Shown here piece by piece: positions 37,454 through 46,916 of a stretch of DNA of 64,000 bases. A model generated the notes under the pieces. It was not told where the DNA came from. It saw nothing but the letters and a program-made list of their open reading frames with translations, and searched no databases. Numbering within the stretch: position 1 is the stretch's first letter; every line of letters starts with the position of its first letter. The stretch comes from a virus: positions 1 through 64,000 of IMG/VR virus record IMGVR_UViG_3300047497_000079; one strand, given 5' to 3'. The position numbers and the translations under genes were made by a program.

Positions 37454-38726
37454 ACTTCATGACAAAGGCTTCCTCCCTAAATTTAATGATCATTTGTTCC
37501 CATTTGTTTAACGCTTCAACTTTTTCATCGAGATACTCATATAAGTTGTAAACTGCCGCAATCTGAGAATGAGCGACAACTCCCCCAGCAAGCGTATGAT
37601 CGAGGATGGACTCGGTAACTTCGCGGGGAACTCCCAATTTAGGGCGTGCAAAAGTTGTCGAGAAAGAACGGCGAAAATCATGCGGGGTCCAGTCTTCTGC
37701 CCATAATAGCTGCTTCTGTTCGCTAAGGGTGCCACACCGCCTTTTGAGTTCGAACAATCCTTTTGAAAAGCCAGAGAACGGATTCTTATCGTTCCCCTCT
37801 GCCGGAAAAACATAAGGCGATGTTGTCCGCTCTATCGTCTTCATGATTTCGAATGCCGTTGGCGAAAGTGGTAATAATAGCTTCTTACCAGGGGATCGCT
37901 GCTTGGAATGTACAAAGATTTGGCGATCCTCTAAATGAACGTTCTCCCATAGCAACTGCGTTATTTGTCCGCGTCTTGCACCAGTGAGCATAAGTAAGCG
38001 AACAATGTCTCCGTAATGTTTACCCTCATTCGACATCTCTTCAGCAGCAAGATAGATTAATCCAAGTTCCGAGTTAGACACAACTCTGCTTCTTGGAATG
38101 TATTCGGAAACTTTTTTGATCTTAGCAGCGGGAGACTCCTTTAATTGTTTTGCGTCGACTGCCCACGAAAAGAAACGCTTGATGTCCGAGACTGCATGAT
38201 TTGCGGCACCATTTTTACCCTTACTCTTGAGATCATCAATGATCTTCTGGATGTCCTGTTCGGTAACAGCGTTGATATCTTTTTCACCAAGGGAAAGACA
38301 AAATTTCCTATTCAACGTCCAGGATAACTCTTGAACTGATCGTGGTCGCATTTTTGGTTTTGCATAGTTTTCGATATACTCATCTACTACCGCTGAGAAG
38401 GTTTGCTTTTCCTCGGGAGTAGACTCCATGACCTGTGATTTGGGTCGGTATTCACCATCGGTAATGCGAAGCTTAATTGTTTTTGCCTCGGCTCTGGCGT
38501 CTGCCAGTTTCATTTCGGGATAACGACCTACCGTGGCTTTCACACTCTTACCTTCGGGTGTATGGCCTACCACAATGTATGCAATGGCCCCTTTTTGAGA
38601 CACACGCACTCCGAAACCTTTTAAGGTTTTGTCCCAAATGAAATATTGCTTACCCGTTTTCTTAAGATTTTGCAGAATTGTCTGTTGCAGATCCCGCCTA
38701 TTATTATCCATCTTTTCGTTCTTCAT
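37431..38726 (-). CDS. int: tyrosine integrase, P4/IntA-like with arm-binding domain
   Basis: IWD..LKGFGVRV arm domain; TGARRGQI, HDFRR, ILDH and VYN catalytic motifs intact. Confidence 0.93.
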   Translation of the reverse strand: MKNEKMDNNRRDLQQTILQNLKKTGKQYFIWDKTLKGFGVRVSQKGAIAYIVVGHTPEGKSVKATVGRYPEMKLADARAEAKTIKLRITDGEYRPKSQVMESTPEEKQTFSAVVDEYIENYAKPKMRPRSVQELSWTLNRKFCLSLGEKDINAVTEQDIQKIIDDLKSKGKNGAANHAVSDIKRFFSWAVDAKQLKESPAAKIKKVSEYIPRSRVVSNSELGLIYLAAEEMSNEGKHYGDIVRLLMLTGARRGQITQLLWENVHLEDRQIFVHSKQRSPGKKLLLPLSPTAFEIMKTIERTTSPYVFPAEGNDKNPFSGFSKGLFELKRRCGTLSEQKQLLWAEDWTPHDFRRSFSTTFARPKLGVPREVTESILDHTLAGGVVAHSQIAAVYNLYEYLDEKVEALNKWEQMIIKFREEAFVMKYGVQNTA

Positions 38727-38779
38727 ATTTCACTCCTTGCATCAACGAGTTTCATATGGGATTACCCCTTCCCTCCGTC

Positions 38780-39045
38780 AAGAAAAAAGGTAGCAGAAAG
38801 GTAGCAAATTTGGGCATGGTGCTGGCGGATTTTGCGGGAGCTTAATGGACAATAAGAACCGTCTTGTTCAGCAAAATCAACGATATATAGGATATTCTCA
38901 GATTTTAGCGGACATTAATTAACCAGATTGTGGATCTGGGGGTCGCCCGTTCGAGCCGGGCCAGCGGTACCAATGAAATCAATGACTTAGATCGAACTTA
39001 AAAAAGGTAGCGAAGGAAAAGGTAGCAAAAAAGGTAGCAAAACCT
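38780..39045 (+). mobile_element. attP site: tRNA-His 3' half core (38923-38972), five AAAGGTAGC arm repeats, IHF site
   Basis: CCAGA ttGTGga TCTGG..GCCCGTTCGAGCCGGGC CAGCGGT A CCA; AAAGGTAGC at 38786, 38797, 39003, 39018 and 39030; AATCAATGACTTA at 38977. Confidence 0.88.
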
Positions 39046-39162
39046 GGTGGCTTCCACCGGACGTGTCTGGACAATTTACCATCCTGCCAGTTTTAGTTTG
39101 ACGGCTTTTGGCGTCCTTCCCATCTCCAGGGTTGTTGGTTTAGGCCATTTCGGAGATGCCCT

Positions 39163-39405
39163 GTGGAACGCGCCTTGCGTTTAAAAGAAGTACAAAAGTA
39201 CATTCCTTATTCTCGCTCTCATATCTACCAGCTTATGTCTGAGGACAAGTTTCCACGGTGCCGTAAATTGCGGCCAGGGGGTAGAGCTGTCGTGTGGGAC
39301 GAAAACGAAATCCAACTCTATAAAAATGGTAGTTGGCAATCGGCACCTACTGCTCTTCAAAAAAGTCATAGGAATACTTCTTCAAACGATCCACGAGCTG
39401 CTTGA
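39163..39405 (+). CDS. alpA: AlpA-family excisionase / regulator
   Basis: LRLKEV....SRSHIYQLM...FP...L....VVWDENEI. Confidence 0.88.
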   Translation: MERALRLKEVQKYIPYSRSHIYQLMSEDKFPRCRKLRPGGRAVVWDENEIQLYKNGSWQSAPTALQKSHRNTSSNDPRAA

Positions 39406-39579
39406 CAACAGTCTGCGATTTGATTTATTAAAATTGTGCTCACTGCTTGAAGAGGTGTTGGTACTCCTCCTCCTTGCGCCTCTCCTCTTTAGGTTTCCCC
39501 ACACTTGAGCACTGGGAGTCTGAACTTCATCCAGCCGTTCAGACTCCCTTCTCTGTTTTCGCTCTTCATAAATATTCCT

Positions 39580-40275
39580 ATGATGAGCTTACATACCTTC
39601 AATTACTTCATTACCGAGATGGCAGCACCTGCCACTCAGCTATGTCTCCCCAAGCGGAATACGGGTGATTATCAACCAGCCTCCTTCTATATTGCCAAGA
39701 AAGCTCAGACGATAACGACTGCGACAGGTCCTGTTCGCGCTCTGGCTGGTGATTACATCGTCAGCGGAAAGAAAGGCCGGCAAGTACTCAAGCCGGCAAA
39801 GTTCTTCCAGCTCTTTAAGATCGTGCAAAACCCAACGGCCCTTCCTCCAAAGGGTCTTTCTTCGACTCAACCTGACCCCAAGCACCGCAAGGAAGAGATA
39901 TCGAGCCTCCTCGACGACATCGTTACTCATCACCTTGATGGCCTCCTCACCAGTAAGGAGGCAACGAAGAAGGCGTGGGACATCGGCTCTAATCAGATAG
40001 AGTTCGGCAAGCGGCTAACAGCAGAAGCTGCTAGGCGGGCAGATTTTCTAAAAAGCCGCCTGCATTTCATGACGGGTAAAGACCGTGATTTTGAAGACTT
40101 CATCAGGAAGCTTTCACGAACCCATCCGGCCGTCATCTTTAAGCTTGCCGACGACTATACAGGCTCAAAGGTAAGCCGTTCTGTTCCCGTTGCTCTTGAA
40201 GCTATTCGCAAGGAATACGAGGAGCGCACGGCTGATATGATGGCCCATCTCATGCATCAGTTTCACTCTCATTAA
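39580..40275 (+). CDS. putative internal head protein with PGDYG-like domain
   Basis: ATAAATA 5 nt before ATG 39580; MMSLHTFNYFITE; ITT.TG...A.AGDYIV.G..G. Confidence 0.65.
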   Translation: MMSLHTFNYFITEMAAPATQLCLPKRNTGDYQPASFYIAKKAQTITTATGPVRALAGDYIVSGKKGRQVLKPAKFFQLFKIVQNPTALPPKGLSSTQPDPKHRKEEISSLLDDIVTHHLDGLLTSKEATKKAWDIGSNQIEFGKRLTAEAARRADFLKSRLHFMTGKDRDFEDFIRKLSRTHPAVIFKLADDYTGSKVSRSVPVALEAIRKEYEERTADMMAHLMHQFHSH

Positions 40276-40425
40276 AAATTCGTATACTCCTCTTGCCAAG
40301 GAGTACTGTTATGAATATAGATTGATCGGCAGGTACCAGCCCGTGGCCACCTGCTGGGATCCGGCTGGTTTTCCGCATGACCAGACCGGATCCTTCTTGT
40401 ACTCTTGCCGTGCATAAATAGTTGC

Positions 40426-40683
40426 ATGGCCAAAACCTTCAAAACATTCATTCTTGAGAATAAAGCTCGCCTCGACGAGATCTCGCCCGCCTCATACATC
40501 CATTGGCATAACGCTACGTTAGATGCCGATGAACGCGGTGATGAGAAACGGGCCGCTTACGCCCACAAACGCATGACAGCCGCCTACAATCGTCCTCACC
40601 CCAACTCCTTTGCCGGTAAAGCCAAGAAAGTTGTCGACAAGGGCCGTGCCGTTGTTCGCCTCGCCCGTAAAAAAAAAGTCTAA
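40426..40683 (+). CDS. putative internal head protein, 5' part of a frameshift-joined polyprotein
   Basis: MAKTFKTFILE; ends just after the A9 tract at 40669-40677. Confidence 0.7.
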   Translation: MAKTFKTFILENKARLDEISPASYIHWHNATLDADERGDEKRAAYAHKRMTAAYNRPHPNSFAGKAKKVVDKGRAVVRLARKKKV

Positions 40684-41639
40684 CTAACTCTTACGCCCTT
40701 GATGAACGTGACGATTCATCTTCCGAATATTGGGCAAATAAATATGTCGATCATCTTGGTAAGGCGGCCGAACATGCCCGCCACATGGATCGACATAAGT
40801 CTGGACCCGCGTTTGACAGAGCCCAGGACAAATACTGGGCTGCACAAGACCACAGGGACTATGCTCTAAGCCGCTGGAAAGCAGCACAGTACCGCACAGA
40901 CCCCAAATCAATCTCCGGTAAGATCACGCGAAAGACCAAGGCTCTCAAACGCCTGGGTCAACGCAAGCTTAACAAGTATCTATCTCGATCCGAGAGCTTC
41001 CTCGTTTCCGAGGGTCTGTTCGACTGGCTGCGGGGACGCCCGCGCGATCAAGACATCGGCCCTCTCGAACACGAAAAAGTCGTTGGTGTCGTAAGCGACA
41101 TCATCCATTCGTTGCAGCATCCTGAGGGATATCCAGACAGAAAAAGCTTCCTCAAACACGTCAAGGCCGAATTAGAAGGCCGGATGCATCACGAAGACGA
41201 ACCCGCGAAGAAAGAGGAATTAATTAACTTATTACAGTCTCTTGACGCCGAGATCCGGAGCGAAAATGCCGTTCGATTTCACTACTTGCTGGTGAATCCA
41301 GAGATCCAGGACATCAAACTCAAGGCCCGTTACGACCGCGATCTGATCTTTTGCATCAACAAGCGCGGAAACATCTTCGTCGCTCGCGTAGCGGACGTCC
41401 ACGGCGAGGGAAAACAATCCCTGGGAAATCTGACGAACGCCATTTCACACATGCACCATGCGTGGAATGGCGACACGATGTCTCCGATTGTGAATTGGGG
41501 TTACATCGATTGGCACCCCGACGAGGGCTATTCTTTCTATTTCCTCGACAACAAGTACGACGGTCTCGTCCGCGCCTGGATTAGGGAAATGAAGGCTGCG
41601 GGCATACAAAACGAGACAGAATACAAATTAAATAAATAA
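40677..41639 (+). CDS. 3' part of the putative polyprotein (frame open from the A9 tract; track start 40785)
   Basis: Frame reads ..ALDERDDSSSEYW.., homologous to LVERDDASTDYW of ORF 41644. Confidence 0.65.
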   Translation, partial: SLTNSYALDERDDSSSEYWANKYVDHLGKAAEHARHMDRHKSGPAFDRAQDKYWAAQDHRDYALSRWKAAQYRTDPKSISGKITRKTKALKRLGQRKLNKYLSRSESFLVSEGLFDWLRGRPRDQDIGPLEHEKVVGVVSDIIHSLQHPEGYPDRKSFLKHVKAELEGRMHHEDEPAKKEELINLLQSLDAEIRSENAVRFHYLLVNPEIQDIKLKARYDRDLIFCINKRGNIFVARVADVHGEGKQSLGNLTNAISHMHHAWNGDTMSPIVNWGYIDWHPDEGYSFYFLDNKYDGLVRAWIREMKAAGIQNETEYKLNK

Positions 41640-41643
41640 CAAC

Positions 41644-41952
41644 ATGCTTTCATTCTACTCATTTCTCGTCGAACGCGACGACGCATCCACCGATTACTGG
41701 CACCAGCGGGCTCATGCGGCTATCTCAAAGGGCTATGACCTCCGTCGCCAGGGCGGTTCTCGCGCCGACATCGAAAAGGCCCATAGGGACCGAGATTACG
41801 CCAAATCCAGGCATGCAGCGGCTTTAGCCCGGCCTGATCCACGATCAGCCGAAACAAAGACGGCCAAGCGTGCCGCCGCCCAAGCGCGGCTGACCAAGCG
41901 AAAATCGACATCGAGCAAGGTTAAGCGTTTCGTGCGGCGCTTTACGGGCTAA
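41644..41952 (+). CDS. putative internal head protein, basic
   Basis: MLSFYSFLVE; ATAAATA 5 nt before ATG. Confidence 0.75.
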   Translation: MLSFYSFLVERDDASTDYWHQRAHAAISKGYDLRRQGGSRADIEKAHRDRDYAKSRHAAALARPDPRSAETKTAKRAAAQARLTKRKSTSSKVKRFVRRFTG

Positions 41953-42197
41953 GTTACAGGAGGCTTCGGCGTCCTTTTTGCTTTTGGCGGGTTGGCAACC
42001 ACGCTCGTCGAAATATCCCCACAATCTTTGATCACCTTGCACGCTGGACAGTCGTGCTGGCTTTTATGTTTCAAGAGCTGAAGGGCCTTTTTCACGTCTT
42101 GCTTGTTCAGCATCACGATGGCCTTGGCTTCCTTCCATTCCTTCGTGGAGCAGCTCGATTCTCGAAGGGCGTCCCACAACTCATCTAAATCGGTCAT
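41949..42197 (-). CDS. hypothetical protein
   Basis: 82-aa ORF with CPAC. Confidence 0.55.
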   Translation of the reverse strand: MTDLDELWDALRESSCSTKEWKEAKAIVMLNKQDVKKALQLLKHKSQHDCPACKVIKDCGDISTSVVANPPKAKRTPKPPVT

Positions 42198-42291
42198 TTC
42201 GTTGTAAAATTCCTGATTGGTTATTTTTGGCTTGCTCGGCGATAAGTGGTCATTTACTATCCTTTTGTCACCCTAACATAGGAGTAAAACG

Positions 42292-42414
42292 ATGAGCAGA
42301 GTAGTTTCTGTACTTTTCGTTCTTGGACTTCTCACGGCCGGTGCTACAACGGCGGGAGCACAGTCAACGGGCAAAAAGTGTTGCTGGGCATGGGACTCGC
42401 GTTGTTGTCCATAA
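42292..42414 (+). CDS. 40-aa secreted Cys-rich peptide precursor (not in ORF track)
   Basis: AGGAG SD; MSRVVSVLFVLGLLTAGATTAGA/QSTGKKCCWAWDSRCCP. Confidence 0.7.
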   Translation: MSRVVSVLFVLGLLTAGATTAGAQSTGKKCCWAWDSRCCP

Positions 42415-42554
42415 TGCCGGATATAACGGACAACCCCTGGTTCTCACTGGTTACTCAATACACCCCTTTCTTTGTGGGGGAGATGTGTGTATTGATCGCC
42501 GTTGTAGTCGGCTATATTGCTATGATGGTGTGGATCGGGTTGGACAAATCCTGA
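42414..42554 (+). CDS. 46-aa single-TM protein (not in ORF track)
   Basis: TAATG-coupled to the peptide gene; hydrophobic C-terminal half. Confidence 0.5.
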   Translation: MPDITDNPWFSLVTQYTPFFVGEMCVLIAVVVGYIAMMVWIGLDKS

Positions 42555-42555
42555 T

Positions 42556-42801
42556 ATGACGGATGAAGAAGACTATAAGCTTACTCAAAAGATAGTCGGG
42601 CAAGTCAAACAACTTTTGACGGGTGCGCCTCGTGGAATACAAGGTGTGGTGCTTGCTGAGTTGTTAGCAATCTGGCTCGCGGGACATTTCGGTGATGAAA
42701 CGCTTCGCGATGAACTCATAAAAATGCATGTCGCTCAAGTTCGGGAATTCATACCCATTATTGAACCTGAGATACTTGCCTCAATTAGCCAGATTGCATA
42801 A
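42556..42801 (+). CDS. hypothetical protein
   Basis: QG.VLA.LLA.WLAGH motif. Confidence 0.7.
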   Translation: MTDEEDYKLTQKIVGQVKQLLTGAPRGIQGVVLAELLAIWLAGHFGDETLRDELIKMHVAQVREFIPIIEPEILASISQIA

Positions 42802-42805
42802 AAAA

Positions 42806-42887
42806 GCGGACGTGGCGGAACTGGTAGACGCAAGGGACTTAAAATCCCTCGATCTCGGTCGTGCGGGTTCGAATCCCGCCGCCCGCA
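42806..42887 (+). tRNA. tRNA-Leu (TAA), CCA not encoded
   Basis: GCGGACG TGGCGGAACTGGTAGACGC AGGGA ctTAAaa TCCCT, variable arm, GGGTTCGAATCCC. Confidence 0.92.
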
Positions 42888-42904
42888 CATACTAATACTG
42901 ATCC

Positions 42905-44551
42905 CTACTTTCCAAAATATGTTGACAGCTCGTCGAAATGGACGGGAGCGTAATTGGTCATTTCCATCGACACGCATGCATAACGTGGATCTTTCAGCGT
43001 CTTGTAGTGCAGGTGGCCATGCACACAGCGGGTGTATCTTCCATCCTCAAACTCTTCGGTGTGTACGGGCATATGAGCCGCGACTATCCCTTCTTCCTTA
43101 AAGTGCCGCCAGTACATCACCTTTTCGAAGTAGTCCATTAGGGACGTTCCCTTCAGGCTATCGTGATTACCGATACAGAGACGTTTCTTTCCCTTTAAGC
43201 GGCGCGCAATGTTCTTGGTAAAATTCTGCCAGTCCATTGTCACGTCCCCGAGGAAGTAGACGTGGTCCACGTCGTTCACACGCGCGTTGTGTTGGGAGAT
43301 CATGAACTCATCCATCTCCTCGACGGTTTTGAACCCTGGCCGTAAAAGGCTGCCGTCGTCCCGATAGAACGGTGACGTTATCATTTTGGCGTGCCCGAAG
43401 TGATGATCGGCCGCGAAGAAGATGTTCACGGTATAACAGGTTCCGATCAATGACCGCATCGCATCGACGCTGGTCTGCGAACCCGTCCGTCCGCGCATAA
43501 AATTGAGGACCTCTTGCATTGGGTTCTGAGAATCCAGAGCTGCGAAGGCGATGGTTCGGATGTCGCGGGGGACATCCTTAAGCACCTCTACGGCGAATGT
43601 TTTCCTGTCCACATGGCGGGCTTTTTCGAGAAGAGAGGCGATCTGAAGGGCTATGTTTCTCATCTGCTCCTCAACGGCGTTCCGATATGTCACGATGTGC
43701 TCCTGGTCCTCCTCACTGAGCAACGGCAACACGTCGTCGATCTCACCCATCAAGATCAAGGCAAGCACGTTCTTTTCGTAGACCGTAGAGTCTTTTGCCC
43801 TGTGTTTGAGGATGTACTCTTCGCCCTTACATTTCATAAGCTGACGTAGGGGTTCATGTTCAAAATCCGGATCGAACATGAGCACATACCCTTCTTGCCC
43901 CTTCAGCTCACGAACGTGGGAAAGAAAGGCCGCGCATTCACCCCACTGGGTCTCCATGGCTGATACCCGATCAACACCAATGTGCCTCGCGAATAAATCC
44001 AGTCCTTTATAGGAAAGATAGCCACCCGTATTGATGAAACGAGCCCCTATGAGGGTCAACTTAGGCTCTTCGTACCTAATGACAATTCTGTTGGAAGGGG
44101 CCGTAAACTCAAAGATTGGAGTCACGCCTGTCTCAATGATATCCGTACACGCCTTAATAAAACCTGGTGTCGCACACAGTTCCTCGGCCATTAGAGAGGT
44201 GTCGGTAATCCCAGCCCGCGTCATGAGTCTGCATTTGCCCATAACCATTGCGGCATGAACCATCGACCCGTCCAGCTTATCCATAATCACATGGGGCTTA
44301 GACAGGTCGATCATACCAGGCTGAGTTTCTGCCCTCTCTCCGATGTTGAAGAACTTGTGAAAGGGCCGGCCGATGATCTTTCCATTACCGTCAAACTTGA
44401 TTCCCCGGAATTCACGGCGAATAGGATCGTCGAAACTATCGCTCAGGCCGATCTGATAATCGACGGAGATATAGCCCGGTGCCCTGTGTATACGAAACTC
44501 CGTGCGGCCTTCTATGGCAGGAAGAACATCATTTAAGGATTCAATAAGCAT
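42905..44551 (-). CDS. T4 Rnl1-type RNA ligase fused to a calcineurin-like metallophosphoesterase
   Basis: PFHKFFN, KLDGS, FEF, EGYV, KCK; C-terminal D.H.GH, LGD, GNHD, HGHLH. Confidence 0.88.
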   Translation of the reverse strand: MLIESLNDVLPAIEGRTEFRIHRAPGYISVDYQIGLSDSFDDPIRREFRGIKFDGNGKIIGRPFHKFFNIGERAETQPGMIDLSKPHVIMDKLDGSMVHAAMVMGKCRLMTRAGITDTSLMAEELCATPGFIKACTDIIETGVTPIFEFTAPSNRIVIRYEEPKLTLIGARFINTGGYLSYKGLDLFARHIGVDRVSAMETQWGECAAFLSHVRELKGQEGYVLMFDPDFEHEPLRQLMKCKGEEYILKHRAKDSTVYEKNVLALILMGEIDDVLPLLSEEDQEHIVTYRNAVEEQMRNIALQIASLLEKARHVDRKTFAVEVLKDVPRDIRTIAFAALDSQNPMQEVLNFMRGRTGSQTSVDAMRSLIGTCYTVNIFFAADHHFGHAKMITSPFYRDDGSLLRPGFKTVEEMDEFMISQHNARVNDVDHVYFLGDVTMDWQNFTKNIARRLKGKKRLCIGNHDSLKGTSLMDYFEKVMYWRHFKEEGIVAAHMPVHTEEFEDGRYTRCVHGHLHYKTLKDPRYACVSMEMTNYAPVHFDELSTYFGK

Positions 44552-44557
44552 TACTTC

Positions 44558-45496
44558 CTACTTCGTATCGAACGGAGGTGTGGATTTTATTATCTCTTTG
44601 ACGCTTTGCCTCATTTTGCGGTCACGCAGGGCTTCTTTATTCTGATACCGGGCCGTTGCGATCCTCGTCAACATAGCCTCTCGCAAATAGGGGTCTTTTA
44701 TAGTCTGTGCCCACAGCGTATGTTGATCGAGTTTTTTCTCCTTGGCCTCAATGTCCTTAATTGTGTCAGTAGAATCGGCGGCGTGTTCTCCCCACCACCG
44801 TGGATCCATTTCCTCTCTCAATACGTCGAGGATTTCAGTTGTCGAGTATTTGGAGAGGGGCGAATCATTATTCATCGGAGGAACCCGTAAGAAGTAGAGT
44901 GCCAGGAGTAATATTATTACTCCTAGCGCCCATACGTAGAGAATGGTCATTGTAATGGAGAAGCCGCCGATGCAGCTTCGTTTTGAAGCTCCTCCATGTA
45001 AATGTGTGCAACGTCTCCCATAAATTTGAAGAACTCTGGTATGGATGGTGTTTTGGACACGGCGAGATAGATCGAAAGCGTACACACCGCAAGTGCCGTT
45101 AATTGAACGTCGGGCTTTTCTTGCTCAATAAGCTTCAGAATATTCTGACAAAGATCTCTCGCCGCATAAGTTTCGTCGTCGTAGACCATATTAATGCTTT
45201 GTCTGTCCTGTTTCTACCAACCCTGCAAAGAAGTCATTCGCGGCTTCCGCCGCCTCATCCGGTGTCATTGAAAAAACGTCATATGCTCTGGCACAGAAGT
45301 CGAGATAATGTTCCCTCGAAGGCACCTTTGCGGCTATCAGATAAGTATTAGCCGAAGCTGCTATGAATGACGTAAGGGCCGTGACAGGTTTAATGTCAGC
45401 ACCTATCGCCATTCCAATCATGGTCTGGACGAAGTTTCTTACGCTGACGGCTTCTTCTTGTGCTTGTTCATGAGTCAATGGCATTTTACTCTCCAT
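44558..45496 (-). other. cluster of 3 small hypothetical CDS (44558-44950, 44947-45189, 45191-45496)
   Basis: Tightly packed co-oriented ORFs. Confidence 0.6.
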
Positions 45497-45886
45497 AGTG
45501 TTGACTGTTCCGTGAATATGTGAGGAAGAGAATTTTCTTAAAGGGCTAATGCACTGTTAACCTTACCTGTTCTGTCCTCTGAAAATGATCCACAAGGCAA
45601 AGATCACAAAGGCCGCCCAGGCCATCTCGTGCAAGCCATCACCAATGGTCATGACGATTTTTCTCCATGTGCAGGTAGTAGCTTCTTAAGCTCAGAGATA
45701 AACTCTTTGCGGGCTTCGTCAGCTCGCTGCCAGGCTTTCTTCGCAGAAACGTCTGATCTATAGTCCAGAAGACCCAATTCGCTATCTGCTATCCACGCCC
45801 GCCCGAGCAGGTTTTCGAAATTAGTGAACGCCTTTCCAAGAGGAGTGGCACAAAACTCGCGCCATTCCTTTACCTCTTTCTCGATA

Positions 45887-46513
45887 TCAAGCACTGAACA
45901 ACTGTTCTCCTTTATCCTTGGCTTCAAACCCCCACGCGGACCATCCTGGATGCACACCTCGTGCAAACAGCTCCAGATAAGGCCCTGGGGAGCACGCCTG
46001 AATGATCGTGTACTGCTCGTCGGGCTTGCGTGAATGTTCTCTCTTTCGTGAAGACAGGAAGTTGACTTGTCTCCGGCCGGCGGCGAGTGTTCGAGCGTTC
46101 TTTCCACGGACACCGAAGAGCAGCAGCTCCGTTACGTTCCGGAAATAGAAGCCCACACCGCGGCCGTCCGAACCACCGTCCTTTCTAATCTTGTGCCATA
46201 CGAGGTTTGTCTTGTACGTGAACCCCCATGCCTTCATCACCGCTAAGCCCTCGGGAAGCATGGCGTTGGGGCACCACAGATATAGATGTGCCGCAGGAGC
46301 AGCCACCTCCACCACAGGAAGCTTGCAGATCTCGGAAAGGGTCATCGTCGTGTAGCGTGACAGCCGCCGATGTTCGGGTGATACCTTTCCTGAGCTGTTC
46401 TGGAAGCGCCATGGCGGATCGGCGAGGATAGTGGCATAGGGAGTCGAACCCCGTGCCACGTACCAGTCAGTTAATGGTAGGAGAGGCGGGCTGATCATTA
46501 AATCCGTCTTCAA
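45887..46513 (-). CDS. MT-A70 family N6-adenine methyltransferase
   Basis: ILADPPW, HLYLW, WGF.YK, TELLLFG.RG, HSRKP, LELFAR. Confidence 0.92.
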   Translation of the reverse strand: MKTDLMISPPLLPLTDWYVARGSTPYATILADPPWRFQNSSGKVSPEHRRLSRYTTMTLSEICKLPVVEVAAPAAHLYLWCPNAMLPEGLAVMKAWGFTYKTNLVWHKIRKDGGSDGRGVGFYFRNVTELLLFGVRGKNARTLAAGRRQVNFLSSRKREHSRKPDEQYTIIQACSPGPYLELFARGVHPGWSAWGFEAKDKGEQLFSA

Positions 46514-46916
46514 CTTCCATTCGCGCGATCAAACTCTTCAAATAGTCCGTCGTGCGATGCATCTCAGCGGCCGCCCGCGAAGCCGCGAGACCATATCCCA
46601 AGCCAAATCCTCCACAAACGGCGGCTGTGACCACGAATGATCCAACCCACCAGATCTGATTAATCACCATCGCATGCCATTGCATCTGCCATCTCCTCTG
46701 CTGTTGGGGGGGTCATAGAACTCTTGATCAGGGCTTGAGTGTATTTGTAACTCACGGATTCCTGCGAGATGAAAACCAACAGTGCCTTTCTCAAAGCACC
46801 GATTTGATCTTTGCGCACTCGCGGCGAAAGCTCTTCCCACATAGGCCCGTGTCCCTTAGTGATATATTTCCAGTGAGCACGAGCTGATGCCTCAAACGGA
46901 TCTTCCTCTTCATGTG

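Noticed and set aside
38923-38972. Functional tRNA-His gene
   Set aside because: The 5' acceptor strand and D arm are absent; it is better explained as an att core
42888-42905. tRNA-associated theta (HDV-like) ribozymes after the tRNA genes
   Set aside because: No recognisable nested pseudoknot downstream of any of the three tRNAs by eye; the space is occupied by adjacent genes
46431-46460. tRNA-like T-arm and acceptor minihelix on the minus strand (GTGGCACGGGGTTCGACTCCCTATGCCAC)
   Set aside because: It lies inside the MT-A70 coding sequence with no D or anticodon arm; probably chance
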